Shown in pieces: positions 10,033-19,981 of a DNA stretch of 64,000 bases. The translations under genes and the position numbers were made by a program. The notes beneath the pieces are model-generated. The model searched no databases, was not told the DNA's origin, and was given only the letters and a program-made list of their open reading frames with translations. Origin of the DNA: an uncultured Candidatus Binatia bacterium. Lineage in GTDB: Bacteria; Desulfobacterota; Binatia; UBA9968; JAJDTQ01. The DNA lies in NCBI GenBank assembly GCA_965213675.1, contig OZ243916.1:2016001-2080000 (forward strand), given 5' to 3'. The stretch's first letter is position 1. The number at the start of each line of letters is the position of its first letter.

Positions 10033-11889
10033 CTATCCGGCGGCCTGGAGAGGATCCTCGTTGTGGCGGGCGTGAAATTTCCGTTGGTTGGGGTCGAGGT
10101 GGCGTTTCCGTAGCCGGAGATGGCGCGGCGTGACCTCGATCAGTTCGTCGTGGCGGATGAACTCGATGGCCTGCTCCAGCGACATGCGCACCGGCGGAAC
10201 GATCTTCTCGATGCCCTTGAGGACGGAGGCGCGCATGTTCGTCAGCTTCCGCTCCTTGGTGATGTTCACGTCCAGGTCCTTGTCGCGGTGGCTCTGTCCC
10301 ACCAGCATGCCGCCGTACACCGGCTCGGTGGGGCCGACGAACAGCTCGCCCCGCTCCTGAAGGTTGAACATCGCGTAACCGCTGACACGGCCCCCGCGGT
10401 CGGCCACCAGAGCGCCGGTGGAACGATGGACGATGTCGCCGGCCCACGGGCGGTATCCGATGAACATGTGCGTCAGGGTTCCGGTGCCCTTGGTGTCGGT
10501 GAGAAACTCGGTCCGGTATCCGATCAACCCGCGACTGGGCGCCTCGATCTCCAGGCGAATCCTTCCGGAACCGCGGTCCGCCATTTTGACCAGCACGCCC
10601 CTGCGCGCGCCGAGCTTCTGGACCACCACTCCCTGGTATTCTTCCTCGGTCTCGACGAGAGCCAGCTCGTAGGGTTCGTGGACCACACCGCCGGCGGTGC
10701 GGGTCAGCACCCGCGGCATGCCCACCGAGAACTCGTACCCCTCGCGACGCATCTGCTCGATCAGCACCGCGAGTTGCAGTTCTCCGCGGCCGTAAACCAG
10801 GAACCCGTCGGACGATTCGATGGACTCCACCCGGATGGCGAGGTTGTGCCCGGCCTCCTTGAGCAGGCGCGCGCGGAGGTGGCGCGAGGTAAGGTAGCGG
10901 CCGTCCTTGCCGCTGAACGGGGAATCGTTGATGGAGAATTCCATGGACAGCGTGGGTTCCTCCACGGCGAGGGCCGGCAGCGGCTTGGGATCGTCGCCGC
11001 CGGCGATGCTTTCGCCCAGCCCGATGCCGCTCAGGCCCGCCAGCGCGACGATCTCTCCGGGACCGGCCGATGGCACCGGCCGGCGCCCGAGCCCCTCGTA
11101 GATGAACAGCTCCGCCACCGCGGCCGCGGTCTGCGACCCGTCGCGGCGGCACAGGGTCACCGCCTGCCGGTTCCGCACGGTGCCGGCCACCACGCGACCG
11201 ATGGCCAGCGGTCCCAGGTATTCGTCGGGTGTGACGTGGGTCACCAGAATCTGCAGCGGGTGGGCCGGGTTTCCCGCGGGCGGCGGAATGTGCTCGACAA
11301 TGGCCTGGAACAACGGCCGCAGATCGGTCAGCTCGCCGCCCGGCAACACGGTGCACCGGCCCTGCCGGGCCACCGCGTAGATGACCGGGAACTCGATCTG
11401 TTCCTCGGTGGCGCCCAGGTCGATGAACAGGTCGTAGATTTCGTTCAGCACTTCGGCCGGGCGCGCGTCCTGACGGTCGATCTTGTTGATGACCACGATG
11501 GGCGGCAGTCCCAGCTCCAGCGCCTTGGCCAGCACCGCGCGGGTCTGGGGCATGGGCCCTTCGGCGGCGTCCACGAGCAGCATGACGCCATCCACCATGC
11601 GCAGCGTGCGCTCCACCTCGCCCCCGAAATCCACGTGTCCGGGCGTGTCGGCGATGTGAATCTTGACGCCGTCGCAGGTCACGGAGGCGTTTTTCGCCAT
11701 GATGGTAATGCCCTTTTCGCGCTCCAGGTCCATGGAGTCCAGCACCCGTTCGCGCACATCCTGATTCTCGCGGAAGGTTCCGCTCTGCCACAGCATGGCG
11801 TCCACCAGCGTGGTCTTGCCGTGGTCCACGTGGGCGATGATCGCGATGTTGCGAAGATTCACCGCCTCGCGGCAAGCGACGAGTTCCAT
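10033..11889 (-). CDS. typA: Translational GTPase TypA/BipA
   Basis: [48 protein letters not shown]. Confidence 0.96.
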   Translation of the reverse strand: MELVACREAVNLRNIAIIAHVDHGKTTLVDAMLWQSGTFRENQDVRERVLDSMDLEREKGITIMAKNASVTCDGVKIHIADTPGHVDFGGEVERTLRMVDGVMLLVDAAEGPMPQTRAVLAKALELGLPPIVVINKIDRQDARPAEVLNEIYDLFIDLGATEEQIEFPVIYAVARQGRCTVLPGGELTDLRPLFQAIVEHIPPPAGNPAHPLQILVTHVTPDEYLGPLAIGRVVAGTVRNRQAVTLCRRDGSQTAAAVAELFIYEGLGRRPVPSAGPGEIVALAGLSGIGLGESIAGGDDPKPLPALAVEEPTLSMEFSINDSPFSGKDGRYLTSRHLRARLLKEAGHNLAIRVESIESSDGFLVYGRGELQLAVLIEQMRREGYEFSVGMPRVLTRTAGGVVHEPYELALVETEEEYQGVVVQKLGARRGVLVKMADRGSGRIRLEIEAPSRGLIGYRTEFLTDTKGTGTLTHMFIGYRPWAGDIVHRSTGALVADRGGRVSGYAMFNLQERGELFVGPTEPVYGGMLVGQSHRDKDLDVNITKERKLTNMRASVLKGIEKIVPPVRMSLEQAIEFIRHDELIEVTPRHLRLRKRHLDPNQRKFHARHNEDPLQAAG

Positions 11890-12013
11890 CAGTCACTCCT
11901 GTTCACCCGCTTCGGGCCGCCCCGCGGTGCGAGCGGATGCCAATGCGGTTAGGGTCGGTTCGTGGGCGCCCTGGAAATGGCCGGAAGATCCGGACGGTTT
12001 CCGGCTTGGAGGT

Positions 12014-12045
12014 GCTTCAACGACAGCTTCAACAGAGGCTTCAAC
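12014..12045. repeat. Three GCTTCAAC direct repeats at 12-bp period upstream of typA
   Basis: Copies at 12014, 12026 and 12038. Confidence 0.6.
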
Positions 12046-12144
12046 GGCTTGGGATGCCGCCGGGGATACTCTAGCAGTTTTGTCATGCGGTGCCGAACCC
12101 GCGAACCACGGAGCGAAGCATCGGGTGTTCTCAAACCGGTGTTC

Positions 12145-12756
12145 TCAGATCGCAAGGACCCCGATGTCGCGCAGGGATCGGATGGCTCGCGCCGCCTTTG
12201 CCGCGGCATCGACGAGGTCCTGTTTCGGCGTCTCGAACCACTCTTCCGCAGGCAGTCCGCGCTTCTCCCTCACCAGGGCGATGGCGTTCCTGAGCTCGGG
12301 GTAACGGGTCGGATCCTGCAGGTGGAGATAGAGAGCCGCCAGAGCCACCGAACGACTGCGCCCCTCGCGGCAGTGGACGAGCACGTTGCCCCACACCTGT
12401 GGGGGGTAGCTCTCCTTGTGCGGCAGGGTCTGATGCAACGCGCCGTGGAGAATGCAGTACCCACCGAGCATCATGCCGGGAGGATTCTCGCCGTCCACCA
12501 GCCCCAGCTTGAAGACCCGAAACGGCGCGAATCCCGCGCGGCACACGGCGTTCGATTCGCCGTCCTCGCCGCCGTCGCCCGGCGCGGCGACGTAGTTCAC
12601 GTCCACGTTGACCGCGGTGTTGACGACGGTCGAAATGCCATGCCGCCGCAACAGCTCGATGTCACGCGCCGCAGCGGTTCCGCCGATGAAAAGATCGGCG
12701 CCGTGGGGGTCGAGGCCCCGGGCGATCAAACTGAGCGAAGGAAGGGGAATGGCCAT
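12145..12756 (-). CDS. Dual-specificity/Cys-based phosphatase family protein
   Basis: VLVHCREGRSRS (HCxxGxxRS) P-loop, LFIGG and GLVDG; likely ATG at 12756. Confidence 0.88.
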   Translation of the reverse strand: MAIPLPSLSLIARGLDPHGADLFIGGTAAARDIELLRRHGISTVVNTAVNVDVNYVAAPGDGGEDGESNAVCRAGFAPFRVFKLGLVDGENPPGMMLGGYCILHGALHQTLPHKESYPPQVWGNVLVHCREGRSRSVALAALYLHLQDPTRYPELRNAIALVREKRGLPAEEWFETPKQDLVDAAAKAARAIRSLRDIGVLAI

Positions 12757-12835
12757 GCTTGGTGCTTCCACGATCTCGCGCCGCCCCTGCAGCGCGACTC
12801 CGGTCAACGAGACTCCAGTGTATCGCCTTGCGTCC

Positions 12836-12877
12836 GTCACACGAACCGGAGTAATAGTCACACGAATCGGAGTAATA
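12836..12877. repeat. 21-bp tandem duplication in a divergent promoter region
   Basis: GTCACACGAACCGGAGTAATA / GTCACACGAATCGGAGTAATA (20/21 identical). Confidence 0.9.
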
Positions 12878-12971
12878 ATAAGGCCCGGTCACAGCGTATG
12901 AAGTCGCGCAACCCACATTGACAAATCAAATCCACTACAAACCAAGTCAACTCACCCGATGGGAGAATAAC

Positions 12972-14216
12972 ATGAAACACCTCGTCACGCGTCTGCCGGC
13001 AGTGCTCATGGCCGCCCTGTTCGCCCTATCCTTCCTCACCGCAGCCAGCGCCGCCTCCAAGCCGCCGCCCGAGATGGAGGCTTGGCTCAAGGCGGCCAAG
13101 CTCGGCCCCTACGACAAGAACGAAAACTGGGACGAGATCGTCGCCAAGGCGAAAGCCGAAGGCGAGGTCGTGGTCTACACGTCCTCCGGTCGCATCTCCA
13201 AGCTGGTAAAGCCGTTTGCCGCGCTTCATCCGGAGATCAAGGTGACCGTGCACGATCTGGGGTCCGTCAAGTCCGTCGAAAAGACTATTCGCGAGCAGGA
13301 GGCGAACATCTTCAACGCCGACATCGTGACCACCGGCAACTCGGGTCAGGTGATCTACGAGATGCTCAACAAGAACCGCCTCGTCAACTACGTGCCGCAT
13401 CACTACAGGGACCGGATTCCCGAGGAGAACCGGGATCCGCTGCTGATCCGCGTCAACGAGGCCATGGTGTTTCTCTACAACGCGGAAGCCTACCCCGATG
13501 CGCCGCCCGTCAAGAACGTCTGGGAGCTGACCGAGCCCCGGTTCAAGGGCCGGGTGGGCATGAAGAACCCGCTGTCGTCCGGCTCCACACTGATGGGCGT
13601 CATGACGCTGATGCAGCGTCCCGATGTCATGGCGGCCGCCTACCAGCGCTACGCCGGCAAGCCCATCGAGTTGAGCGAGGGGGTGCCGGACGCGGGCCAC
13701 GAGTTCTGGGCGCGGATGCTCGCCAATGACCTGGTCATCTTCAAGTCGGGCTCGAAACTCGCCCGCGCCTCGGGCAATAAGGGTCAGAAGAGGCCCCTGA
13801 TCGCGTTCGCCAACATGACCTATATCGCGCGCAACGATTCCAAGGGCTATGTCAACAAGATCCTGGCCAAGGTGGATCCGGTGGGCAAGCTGGTCTACCC
13901 GACCTTTACCGCCATCGCGCGCCAGGCGCCGCACCCCAACGCGGCCAAGCTGTTTACCGCCTACCTCTTGGGCAGCCTCGAGCTGAGCAAGGATTCGAAG
14001 CTCTCGAAGCCCTACGACAAGGGCGCCAGCATGGCCCTGTTGCAGGGTCTGGCTCCCTATTTCGACCCGGGTACGGTGAGCCCGCGGAGTGACGTGCCGC
14101 TGCCGGCGGGCGGCGAGATCTGGGACGACATGGAGGGCTGGAACGTGGACGCCGCGTACATGTGGAAGCGGGGACCCAAGGTCCGGGACTTCTGGACGGT
14201 GCACTCGAGCAAATAG
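12972..14216 (+). CDS. ABC transporter substrate-binding protein (Fe3+/AfuA-like class)
   Basis: Signal peptide, AKAEGEVVVYTS, APHPNAAKLF; ATG 12972 after GGGAG. Confidence 0.88.
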   Translation: MKHLVTRLPAVLMAALFALSFLTAASAASKPPPEMEAWLKAAKLGPYDKNENWDEIVAKAKAEGEVVVYTSSGRISKLVKPFAALHPEIKVTVHDLGSVKSVEKTIREQEANIFNADIVTTGNSGQVIYEMLNKNRLVNYVPHHYRDRIPEENRDPLLIRVNEAMVFLYNAEAYPDAPPVKNVWELTEPRFKGRVGMKNPLSSGSTLMGVMTLMQRPDVMAAAYQRYAGKPIELSEGVPDAGHEFWARMLANDLVIFKSGSKLARASGNKGQKRPLIAFANMTYIARNDSKGYVNKILAKVDPVGKLVYPTFTAIARQAPHPNAAKLFTAYLLGSLELSKDSKLSKPYDKGASMALLQGLAPYFDPGTVSPRSDVPLPAGGEIWDDMEGWNVDAAYMWKRGPKVRDFWTVHSSK

Positions 14217-14222
14217 TCACGC

Positions 14223-15332
14223 ATGGAGGAGATCCATCTCACAGGGATCCGGAAGTCGTACGGCAAGGAAGTCGCCGTGCGGCATCTGGACCTGACCGTC
14301 GAGCCGGGTGTTTTCCTGACCATTCTGGGACCATCGGGTTGCGGCAAGACGACGACGTTGCGCGTGATCGCCGGACTGGAGGAACCCGAAGCGGGTGAGA
14401 TCCGGTTCGGCGACAGGCTCATCTTTTCTCGCCAGAAGGGCGTGATCGTTCCCCCCGAGAGCCGCAACCTCGGGCTCATCTTCCAGAGCTACGCGCTCTG
14501 GCCCCACATGACGGTGGAGCGGAACATCACGCTCGGCCTGAAACAACTGGGCCTGAGCGTGGGCGAGACCGCCGAGCGCCTCGAGGCCGCCCTCGACAAG
14601 GTGCAGATGAAGCCATACCAGCTTCGCTACCCGTCGGAGCTGTCCGGCGGGCAGCAACAGCGCGTGGCTCTGGCGCGCATGATCGCCTCACGCTCGTCCA
14701 TCCTGCTCATGGACGAACCCCTGTCCAACCTCGACGCCAAGCTGCGTACGGAAATGCGCGGTGAACTCAAGCGGCTGCACCGTGACCTCAACGCCACCAC
14801 CGTTTACGTGACCCACGATCAGATCGAGGCCCTGACGCTCTCCGACATCATCGTTGTCATGGACAAGGGTGTGGTCAAGCAACAGGGCACGCCCTACGAG
14901 ATCTATCACCATCCCGCGAACCTGTTCGTCGCCGACTTCATCGGCGATCCCGGGATCAACCGGCTGGCCGGCAAAATCAACTGGAGGGACGGCGCGGCGG
15001 GCCTCGATTGCGGCGATCTATGGTTGCCGATCCCCGGCGACCCGCCTGCGAACGCGCAGGACCTCGTCGCCACCATTCGCCCCGAAAGCATCCATGTATC
15101 GACCGAAGCCAGGGAGGACTGGCTGAGGGTAACGCTGGAATCGGTTCAGCCGAAGGGTGCCGACACGATCCTGCAAGCCCGGACCGACAACCGTTCCATC
15201 ACCCTCCTGCAACCGGGCTTCATACGGATGGACCTCGGCGACCCCCTGTGGATCGACTTCGACGCGCAATCGATGAATTTCTTCGACGTCGCATCGGAGA
15301 ACAATCTGTTCAATCAAAGCCAGCCCGCGTGA
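14223..15332 (+). CDS. ABC transporter ATP-binding protein
   Basis: GPSGCGKTT, LSGGQQQR, LLMDEP, YVTHDQ. Confidence 0.95.
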   Translation: MEEIHLTGIRKSYGKEVAVRHLDLTVEPGVFLTILGPSGCGKTTTLRVIAGLEEPEAGEIRFGDRLIFSRQKGVIVPPESRNLGLIFQSYALWPHMTVERNITLGLKQLGLSVGETAERLEAALDKVQMKPYQLRYPSELSGGQQQRVALARMIASRSSILLMDEPLSNLDAKLRTEMRGELKRLHRDLNATTVYVTHDQIEALTLSDIIVVMDKGVVKQQGTPYEIYHHPANLFVADFIGDPGINRLAGKINWRDGAAGLDCGDLWLPIPGDPPANAQDLVATIRPESIHVSTEAREDWLRVTLESVQPKGADTILQARTDNRSITLLQPGFIRMDLGDPLWIDFDAQSMNFFDVASENNLFNQSQPA

Positions 15333-15358
15333 GCGGAAGAAAACGGAAGTCCTGACCC

Positions 15359-17203
15359 ATGTCATTGGATACGGCCTCTTCCGGTAGCCAGCCTCCGCTC
15401 CTTTCACGGAGCAATCTCACCTATCACCTCTATCGGCTGCTGAACCAGCCCGAGAAGATCCTGGGCCTCCTGTGCCTCGCCGTCCTGTCCGTGCTGGTGT
15501 TGGGGCCGCTTTTCGAAATCATCCACGACGCGCTGGTCTACCAGAGCTACGACCTCGCCTACAGGCCGGAGGCCAAGGTCGGCTCCTTCACCCTGTTCCA
15601 CCTCGAACGGGTCTTCACCGGGCCGCTCTCCAAGGCGCTATTCCTGAAGCCGCTGTTCAACAGCGTCGCCGTCGGCGTCTGTGTGACCATTCTGGGCGTC
15701 AGCATCGGAAGCGGCCTGGCGTGGCTGATGGTGCGCACCAACATCCGCTTCAAGGGTGTGTTCGGAGCGCTCGTGGTGGTGCCGTACATGATGCCGTCAT
15801 GGGTGCTGGCGCTGGCGTGGCTGAGTCTTTTCAAGAACGACCGGATCGGCGGCGCCGAGGGCATGTTCACCAGTTTTTTCGGCGTGCAGCCGCCCGACTG
15901 GGTGAGCTACGGCTTCTTTCCCATCGTCATCTGCCTGGCGCTGCACTACTACGCCTACGGCTTTCTGCTGATGTCGGGCGCTCTGGCGACGGTGGACTCG
16001 GAGCTGGAAGAGGCGGGCGCCATCGCCGGCATGAACCGGCGCCAACGGCTGTGGCGGATCACGTTTCCCCTGCTGCTGCCCGCGCTCGGTTCCGCCGTGG
16101 TGCTCACCTTCATCCGCATTCTCGGCACCTTCGGGACGCCCGCGCTGCTGGGGCTGCCGGTCCGCTTCTTTACTTTTTCGACCCAGATCTATGCTTCACT
16201 GAACGCCCGCAACAGCGGCGACGCTTTCGTCCTCGCCCTGGTGCTGATCGTCATGGCGATCACGTTCATCTGGATCAACAGCCGGGTGATCGGCATCCGG
16301 AGGAGCTTCGTGACCCTCACCGGCAAGGGCTTCCGGCAACGCGAGATCAAACTCGGGCTTTGGCAATGGCCGGCCACCATCGGGGTCGCCGCGTTTCTTG
16401 CCGTGACGGTCGTGCTCCCCTTGCTGATCCTGCTTTGGGAATCCCTGGTCATCACGCCGGGCGACTATTCCCTGAGCGGCCTGACGACTCACTTCTGGAT
16501 CGGCGAGAGCCACACCGACTTCGCCTATGGCGAACCCGGCATCATCCACTCCCCCGGCATCCTGACGGCGTTGGGGAACAGCATCAAGCTGGGCGTGCTG
16601 GCGGCGGTGTGCAACGGCCTGCTCGGGTTGCTGGTGGGCTACGCGGCGGTACGCGGCCGCGGCACCCTGTTGGCGCGCTGGCTCGAGGGCGTTGCCTTTG
16701 CGCCCTACATCTTCCCCTCCATCGCCCTCGGCGCCATCTACATCGGCATGTTCTCGACTCCCTGGGGACCGTTGCCGGCGCTGTACGGCACATTCACGAT
16801 CCTGGTCCTGATCACGGTGGTCAAGAACCTGCCTTTCACTTCGCGCACCGGCATCGCCGCCATACTGCAAATCGACAAATCCCTGGAGGAAACCGCGCGG
16901 GTCCAGGGGATCGGCTGGTTCCGGCGCATGGCCAGGATCATCATACCCATGTCCTCGAGCGGCGTCATCGCGGGCATGTTGCTGACCTTCATCACCGCCA
17001 CCCGTGAACTGTCCCTGATCATCCTGCTGCTGTCGCCGGCCAACATGGTGCTCACCGGAGTGATCTTCAACTACAACGAACAGGACATGACCCAACACTC
17101 CGGCGCCGTGACCCTTTTCCTGGTGATGATCATCGTCGGCGCCAACGTACTGGTGCGCCTGCTCACCGGAGGCGGCGGGCTGGCGGGGCTGCGGCACACC
17201 TGA
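15359..17203 (+). CDS. ABC transporter permease (FbpB/AfuB-type, two repeats)
   Basis: 614 aa with two EAA-like loops (LEEAGAIAG, LEETARVQG). Confidence 0.92.
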   Translation: MSLDTASSGSQPPLLSRSNLTYHLYRLLNQPEKILGLLCLAVLSVLVLGPLFEIIHDALVYQSYDLAYRPEAKVGSFTLFHLERVFTGPLSKALFLKPLFNSVAVGVCVTILGVSIGSGLAWLMVRTNIRFKGVFGALVVVPYMMPSWVLALAWLSLFKNDRIGGAEGMFTSFFGVQPPDWVSYGFFPIVICLALHYYAYGFLLMSGALATVDSELEEAGAIAGMNRRQRLWRITFPLLLPALGSAVVLTFIRILGTFGTPALLGLPVRFFTFSTQIYASLNARNSGDAFVLALVLIVMAITFIWINSRVIGIRRSFVTLTGKGFRQREIKLGLWQWPATIGVAAFLAVTVVLPLLILLWESLVITPGDYSLSGLTTHFWIGESHTDFAYGEPGIIHSPGILTALGNSIKLGVLAAVCNGLLGLLVGYAAVRGRGTLLARWLEGVAFAPYIFPSIALGAIYIGMFSTPWGPLPALYGTFTILVLITVVKNLPFTSRTGIAAILQIDKSLEETARVQGIGWFRRMARIIIPMSSSGVIAGMLLTFITATRELSLIILLLSPANMVLTGVIFNYNEQDMTQHSGAVTLFLVMIIVGANVLVRLLTGGGGLAGLRHT

Positions 17204-17213
17204 CGGAACCTCG

Positions 17214-18146
17214 ATGGCAACGACCATCAGGATCGCCGTAACCATGACCCTACGCGCCGGCGAGGCCTTCGAGATCGCCCTGGGACTCGCGGAGAGGAAC
17301 CTGCCCGACGGGTCGGAGATCGTCGTCTCGTACGGCGTCGGCAACAGCCGCCTCGGAGGGTTCGAGGCGCCGAGGCTGCTGGCGGAGGGAAAGGCGGACC
17401 TGGCATTCCTCAACCCTTCGCCGGTGACCCACATGGCGTTGAACGGGCTGGCGCCCTATTCGGAGAAGATCAACATCCGGAATCTCGCCGTCTTCCCCTC
17501 CTGGGACAAGATCGCCTTCGCGGTCAGGAAGGACCTCGGTGTGGGCTCTCTGGAGGAGATCGGCGAGAAGAAACTGCCGCTCAGGCTGTCGACCCGGGGA
17601 CAGGGCCCTGAAGGAACCACGGAGTTCATCATCCGGCGGATCCTGAGTCTTTGCGGCTGGAACCTGGAGGACGTGGAGCCATGGGGCGGCACCGTGGACC
17701 AGGTGCCGGTCCCATCGCACCCACGGCGCATGGAGGGCATCGAGCAGGGCGCCTACGACGCCGTGTTCGACGAAGGCATCACAGGCTGGACCGCCGAGGC
17801 CCTGGCCCGGGACATGGTCCTCGTGCCGTTGCAGCCGGCGGTCTTCGCCGAAATGGAGCAAAAGGGTTTTCGTAGATCGACCATTCCCAAGTCCGCGTTC
17901 CCGGCGCTGGACGCGGACGTGCCCGCCCTGGAGTTCGGCGGCTGGCCGCTCTTCTGCCGCGCCGACTTTCCCGACGACCTCGCCTACGCGGTGGTCAAGG
18001 CCATCGCCGCCAGAAAAGACACCATGCCGGTGGACGGCGACCGGTTCGACATGAGCCGGATTTGCCGGGACACGGAAGAGGGGCCGATGTGCATACCGCT
18101 GCATCCGGGTGCGGAGCGGTACTATCGGGAAGCGGGGTATTTGTAG
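17214..18146 (+). CDS. TAXI-family solute-receptor-like protein
   Basis: C-terminal IPLHPGAERYYRE.G and LAYAVVKAI TAXI signatures; no obvious signal peptide. Confidence 0.75.
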   Translation: MATTIRIAVTMTLRAGEAFEIALGLAERNLPDGSEIVVSYGVGNSRLGGFEAPRLLAEGKADLAFLNPSPVTHMALNGLAPYSEKINIRNLAVFPSWDKIAFAVRKDLGVGSLEEIGEKKLPLRLSTRGQGPEGTTEFIIRRILSLCGWNLEDVEPWGGTVDQVPVPSHPRRMEGIEQGAYDAVFDEGITGWTAEALARDMVLVPLQPAVFAEMEQKGFRRSTIPKSAFPALDADVPALEFGGWPLFCRADFPDDLAYAVVKAIAARKDTMPVDGDRFDMSRICRDTEEGPMCIPLHPGAERYYREAGYL

Positions 18147-18161
18147 GGTGCGGCGGATAAC

Positions 18162-18224
18162 TTGCGCGTACGATTCTCTACGCGCAACTTGCCAGTCCTA
18201 TGCGCAAGCAATTGTTGCGCATAG
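18162..18224. repeat. Twin palindromes with CTAYGCGCAA core
   Basis: TTGCGCGTA-8-TACGCGCAA (18162-18187) and CTATGCGCAA-7-TTGCGCATAG (18198-18224). Confidence 0.85.
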
Positions 18225-18274
18225 AAGACCTGAGTTGCGTCTAATACACCCGCTCCTCCACGTCGCCTCATCGT

Positions 18275-19627
18275 TCATGACGCCCCAATCTCCCAAAGCC
18301 GTCGGAGCGGGACCGCGTAGAGCCCGTCGCCGTGGCTGACACACATCTCGCCGTCGTAGACCACAACCCCTCCTGCAAAGCGGCTGCCCGTCGCCGTCTT
18401 CAACTTGCGCAGGCCACGGAAGTCCGCCGCGGTGACGGTGGCTCCTGCCTTGACCTCCACGCCCGCCACCGCCCGGGTGCCGCGCTCGATGACGATGTCC
18501 ACCTCGGTCTTGTCTCTGTCGCGGTAGTGGAAGAAGGTGAAGAAGTCCTCCTGCCAGCTCGCCTGCCGCCTCAACTCCTGAAACACGAATGTTTCGAGAA
18601 GCTGACCCAGCAGGGTACGGTCAGCCGCAAGACCGGCGGCATCCACACCGAGCAGTGCGCAGGCGAGACCCGTGTCACCCATGTGCAGCTTCGGCGTCTT
18701 GACCAACCGGCTGAGCCGATTGCTGTGCCATGGCGGCAGTCTCTCCAGCAGAAAGACCCGCTCCAGCAGCACGATGTAGTCCCGGATGGTGGGCCTGCTG
18801 ATCTGGAACGGTGCCGCCAACTCGCTCACGTTGAACAGACTCGCTGTTTGCGCGGCCGACAGGGCGAGCAGTCTCGGAAGCTCTTCGAGGGTTCTAATGC
18901 GGGAAAGATCCGGCACGTCCCGCCGTGTCTGCGCGTCGAGGTAGTTGCGGTACCAGTTGGCGCGCCGGCGTCCGGGCGGACGCGCGAGAGCCGCCGGGTA
19001 TCCTCCGGCAGCGACGCGGTCGCACAACTCCGCTCCGAGTCGCGACGTCCGCGACGTCTTGAACCCTTGGCCGAACAAGGCGTCGAGGAAGTCGAAGATT
19101 TCATCCGAACCCAAGGAACCGGACCACCCACTTGCGATCTCACCTTGCGCCAGGGGATGTAAACGAATCACCTCCAGGCGACCCGCCAACGAGTCCTGAA
19201 TCGCCGGAACCCGCAACACGTCGGCCGACCCCGTCAACACGAAACGACCCGGCACCCGCTTCCGGTCCACCTCCATCTTCAGGGCGGTAAAGAGCGCCGG
19301 CACCCGCTGTACCTCGTCGAGGATGACCCTCTCGGGGAGATCGGCCACAAAGCCCATCGGGTCCTCTTCGGCACCGGCGCGTGCGACATCGTCGTCGAAG
19401 CTGATGTAAACGTAGTTCCGGGCCTCGCCGCTCAAGAAACCCGCCGGAGGCATATCCGCAACCTTTCGCGCGTCCGGCCGAACCGAGATCGCCGGAGGAC
19501 ACAGCATCTGCGCCAAGGTTGTCTTGCCGCACTGGCGCGGACCCTGGATCAGGACCACCGGCGAATCCGCCAGCGCCTCGGCCAGTCGCTGCCCGATGTA
19601 TCGTGGGAAAAAGCCACTGTCAGCCAT
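18275..19627 (-). CDS. AAA_14 ATPase with DUF4143 (wHTH plus PD-(D/E)XK-like C-terminus)
   Basis: GPRQCGKTT, ILDEVQ, FVLTGS, GGYP, KTPKLH..DTGL, EVDIV...VEVK. Confidence 0.92.
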   Translation of the reverse strand: MADSGFFPRYIGQRLAEALADSPVVLIQGPRQCGKTTLAQMLCPPAISVRPDARKVADMPPAGFLSGEARNYVYISFDDDVARAGAEEDPMGFVADLPERVILDEVQRVPALFTALKMEVDRKRVPGRFVLTGSADVLRVPAIQDSLAGRLEVIRLHPLAQGEIASGWSGSLGSDEIFDFLDALFGQGFKTSRTSRLGAELCDRVAAGGYPAALARPPGRRRANWYRNYLDAQTRRDVPDLSRIRTLEELPRLLALSAAQTASLFNVSELAAPFQISRPTIRDYIVLLERVFLLERLPPWHSNRLSRLVKTPKLHMGDTGLACALLGVDAAGLAADRTLLGQLLETFVFQELRRQASWQEDFFTFFHYRDRDKTEVDIVIERGTRAVAGVEVKAGATVTAADFRGLRKLKTATGSRFAGGVVVYDGEMCVSHGDGLYAVPLRRLWEIGAS

Positions 19628-19709
19628 CGGCTGATTGTAACTTCATCATGCGGCTGATTGCAAGTTTAGGGAGCGGCTATTTGAAAGGTTAAGGTTCGGC
19701 CGGTTGAAA
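19628..19709 (-). repeat. Four-unit direct-repeat array, exact 23-bp period, abutting the ATG
   Basis: CGGCTGATTGTAA (19628), CGGCTGATTGCAA (19651), CGGCTATTTGAAA (19674), CGGCCGGTTGAAA (19697), separated by variable 10-bp spacers. Confidence 0.88.
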
Positions 19710-19711
19710 GG

Positions 19712-19746
19712 TGAGGTGGTCCCACTTCGTTGGACAGGCAGGCGGC
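19712..19746 (+). mobile_element. Isolated IS3-family-like end (copy 1)
   Basis: TGAGGTGGTCCCACTTCGTTGGACAGGCAGGCGGC, 32/35 identical to 24742-24776; TG start typical of IS3 inverted repeats. Confidence 0.65.
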
Positions 19747-19981
19747 AGAAACAAGGAGTATTCCGGCGTAATGGATCATGCCGCCCGGGGCCTGTATACC
19801 ACGTCATTCTGTTCCGGTAGAGCCGGCAGAGGGGCAGGTGAGCTGCAACGCTGTGCCGGCCTCTGCGTCAGCATTCCCTTTTCGTAGGCCTCGGGGCTGG
19901 AGCGGCGCCCTCCGAGGCGGAGTGGGGGCGCACCGCATCTGATTGGCCTCTCGATGGCCGATTTTTTCCATTGGACTTGGG

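Noticed and set aside
19628-19714. CRISPR array (TTGAAAG-like ends)
   Set aside because: The core is only 13 bp with 10-bp spacers and degenerate units, and there are no cas genes in the window.
19770-19812. RAYT/Y1 transposase fragment (PGPVYHVIL)
   Set aside because: Too short to support a call.
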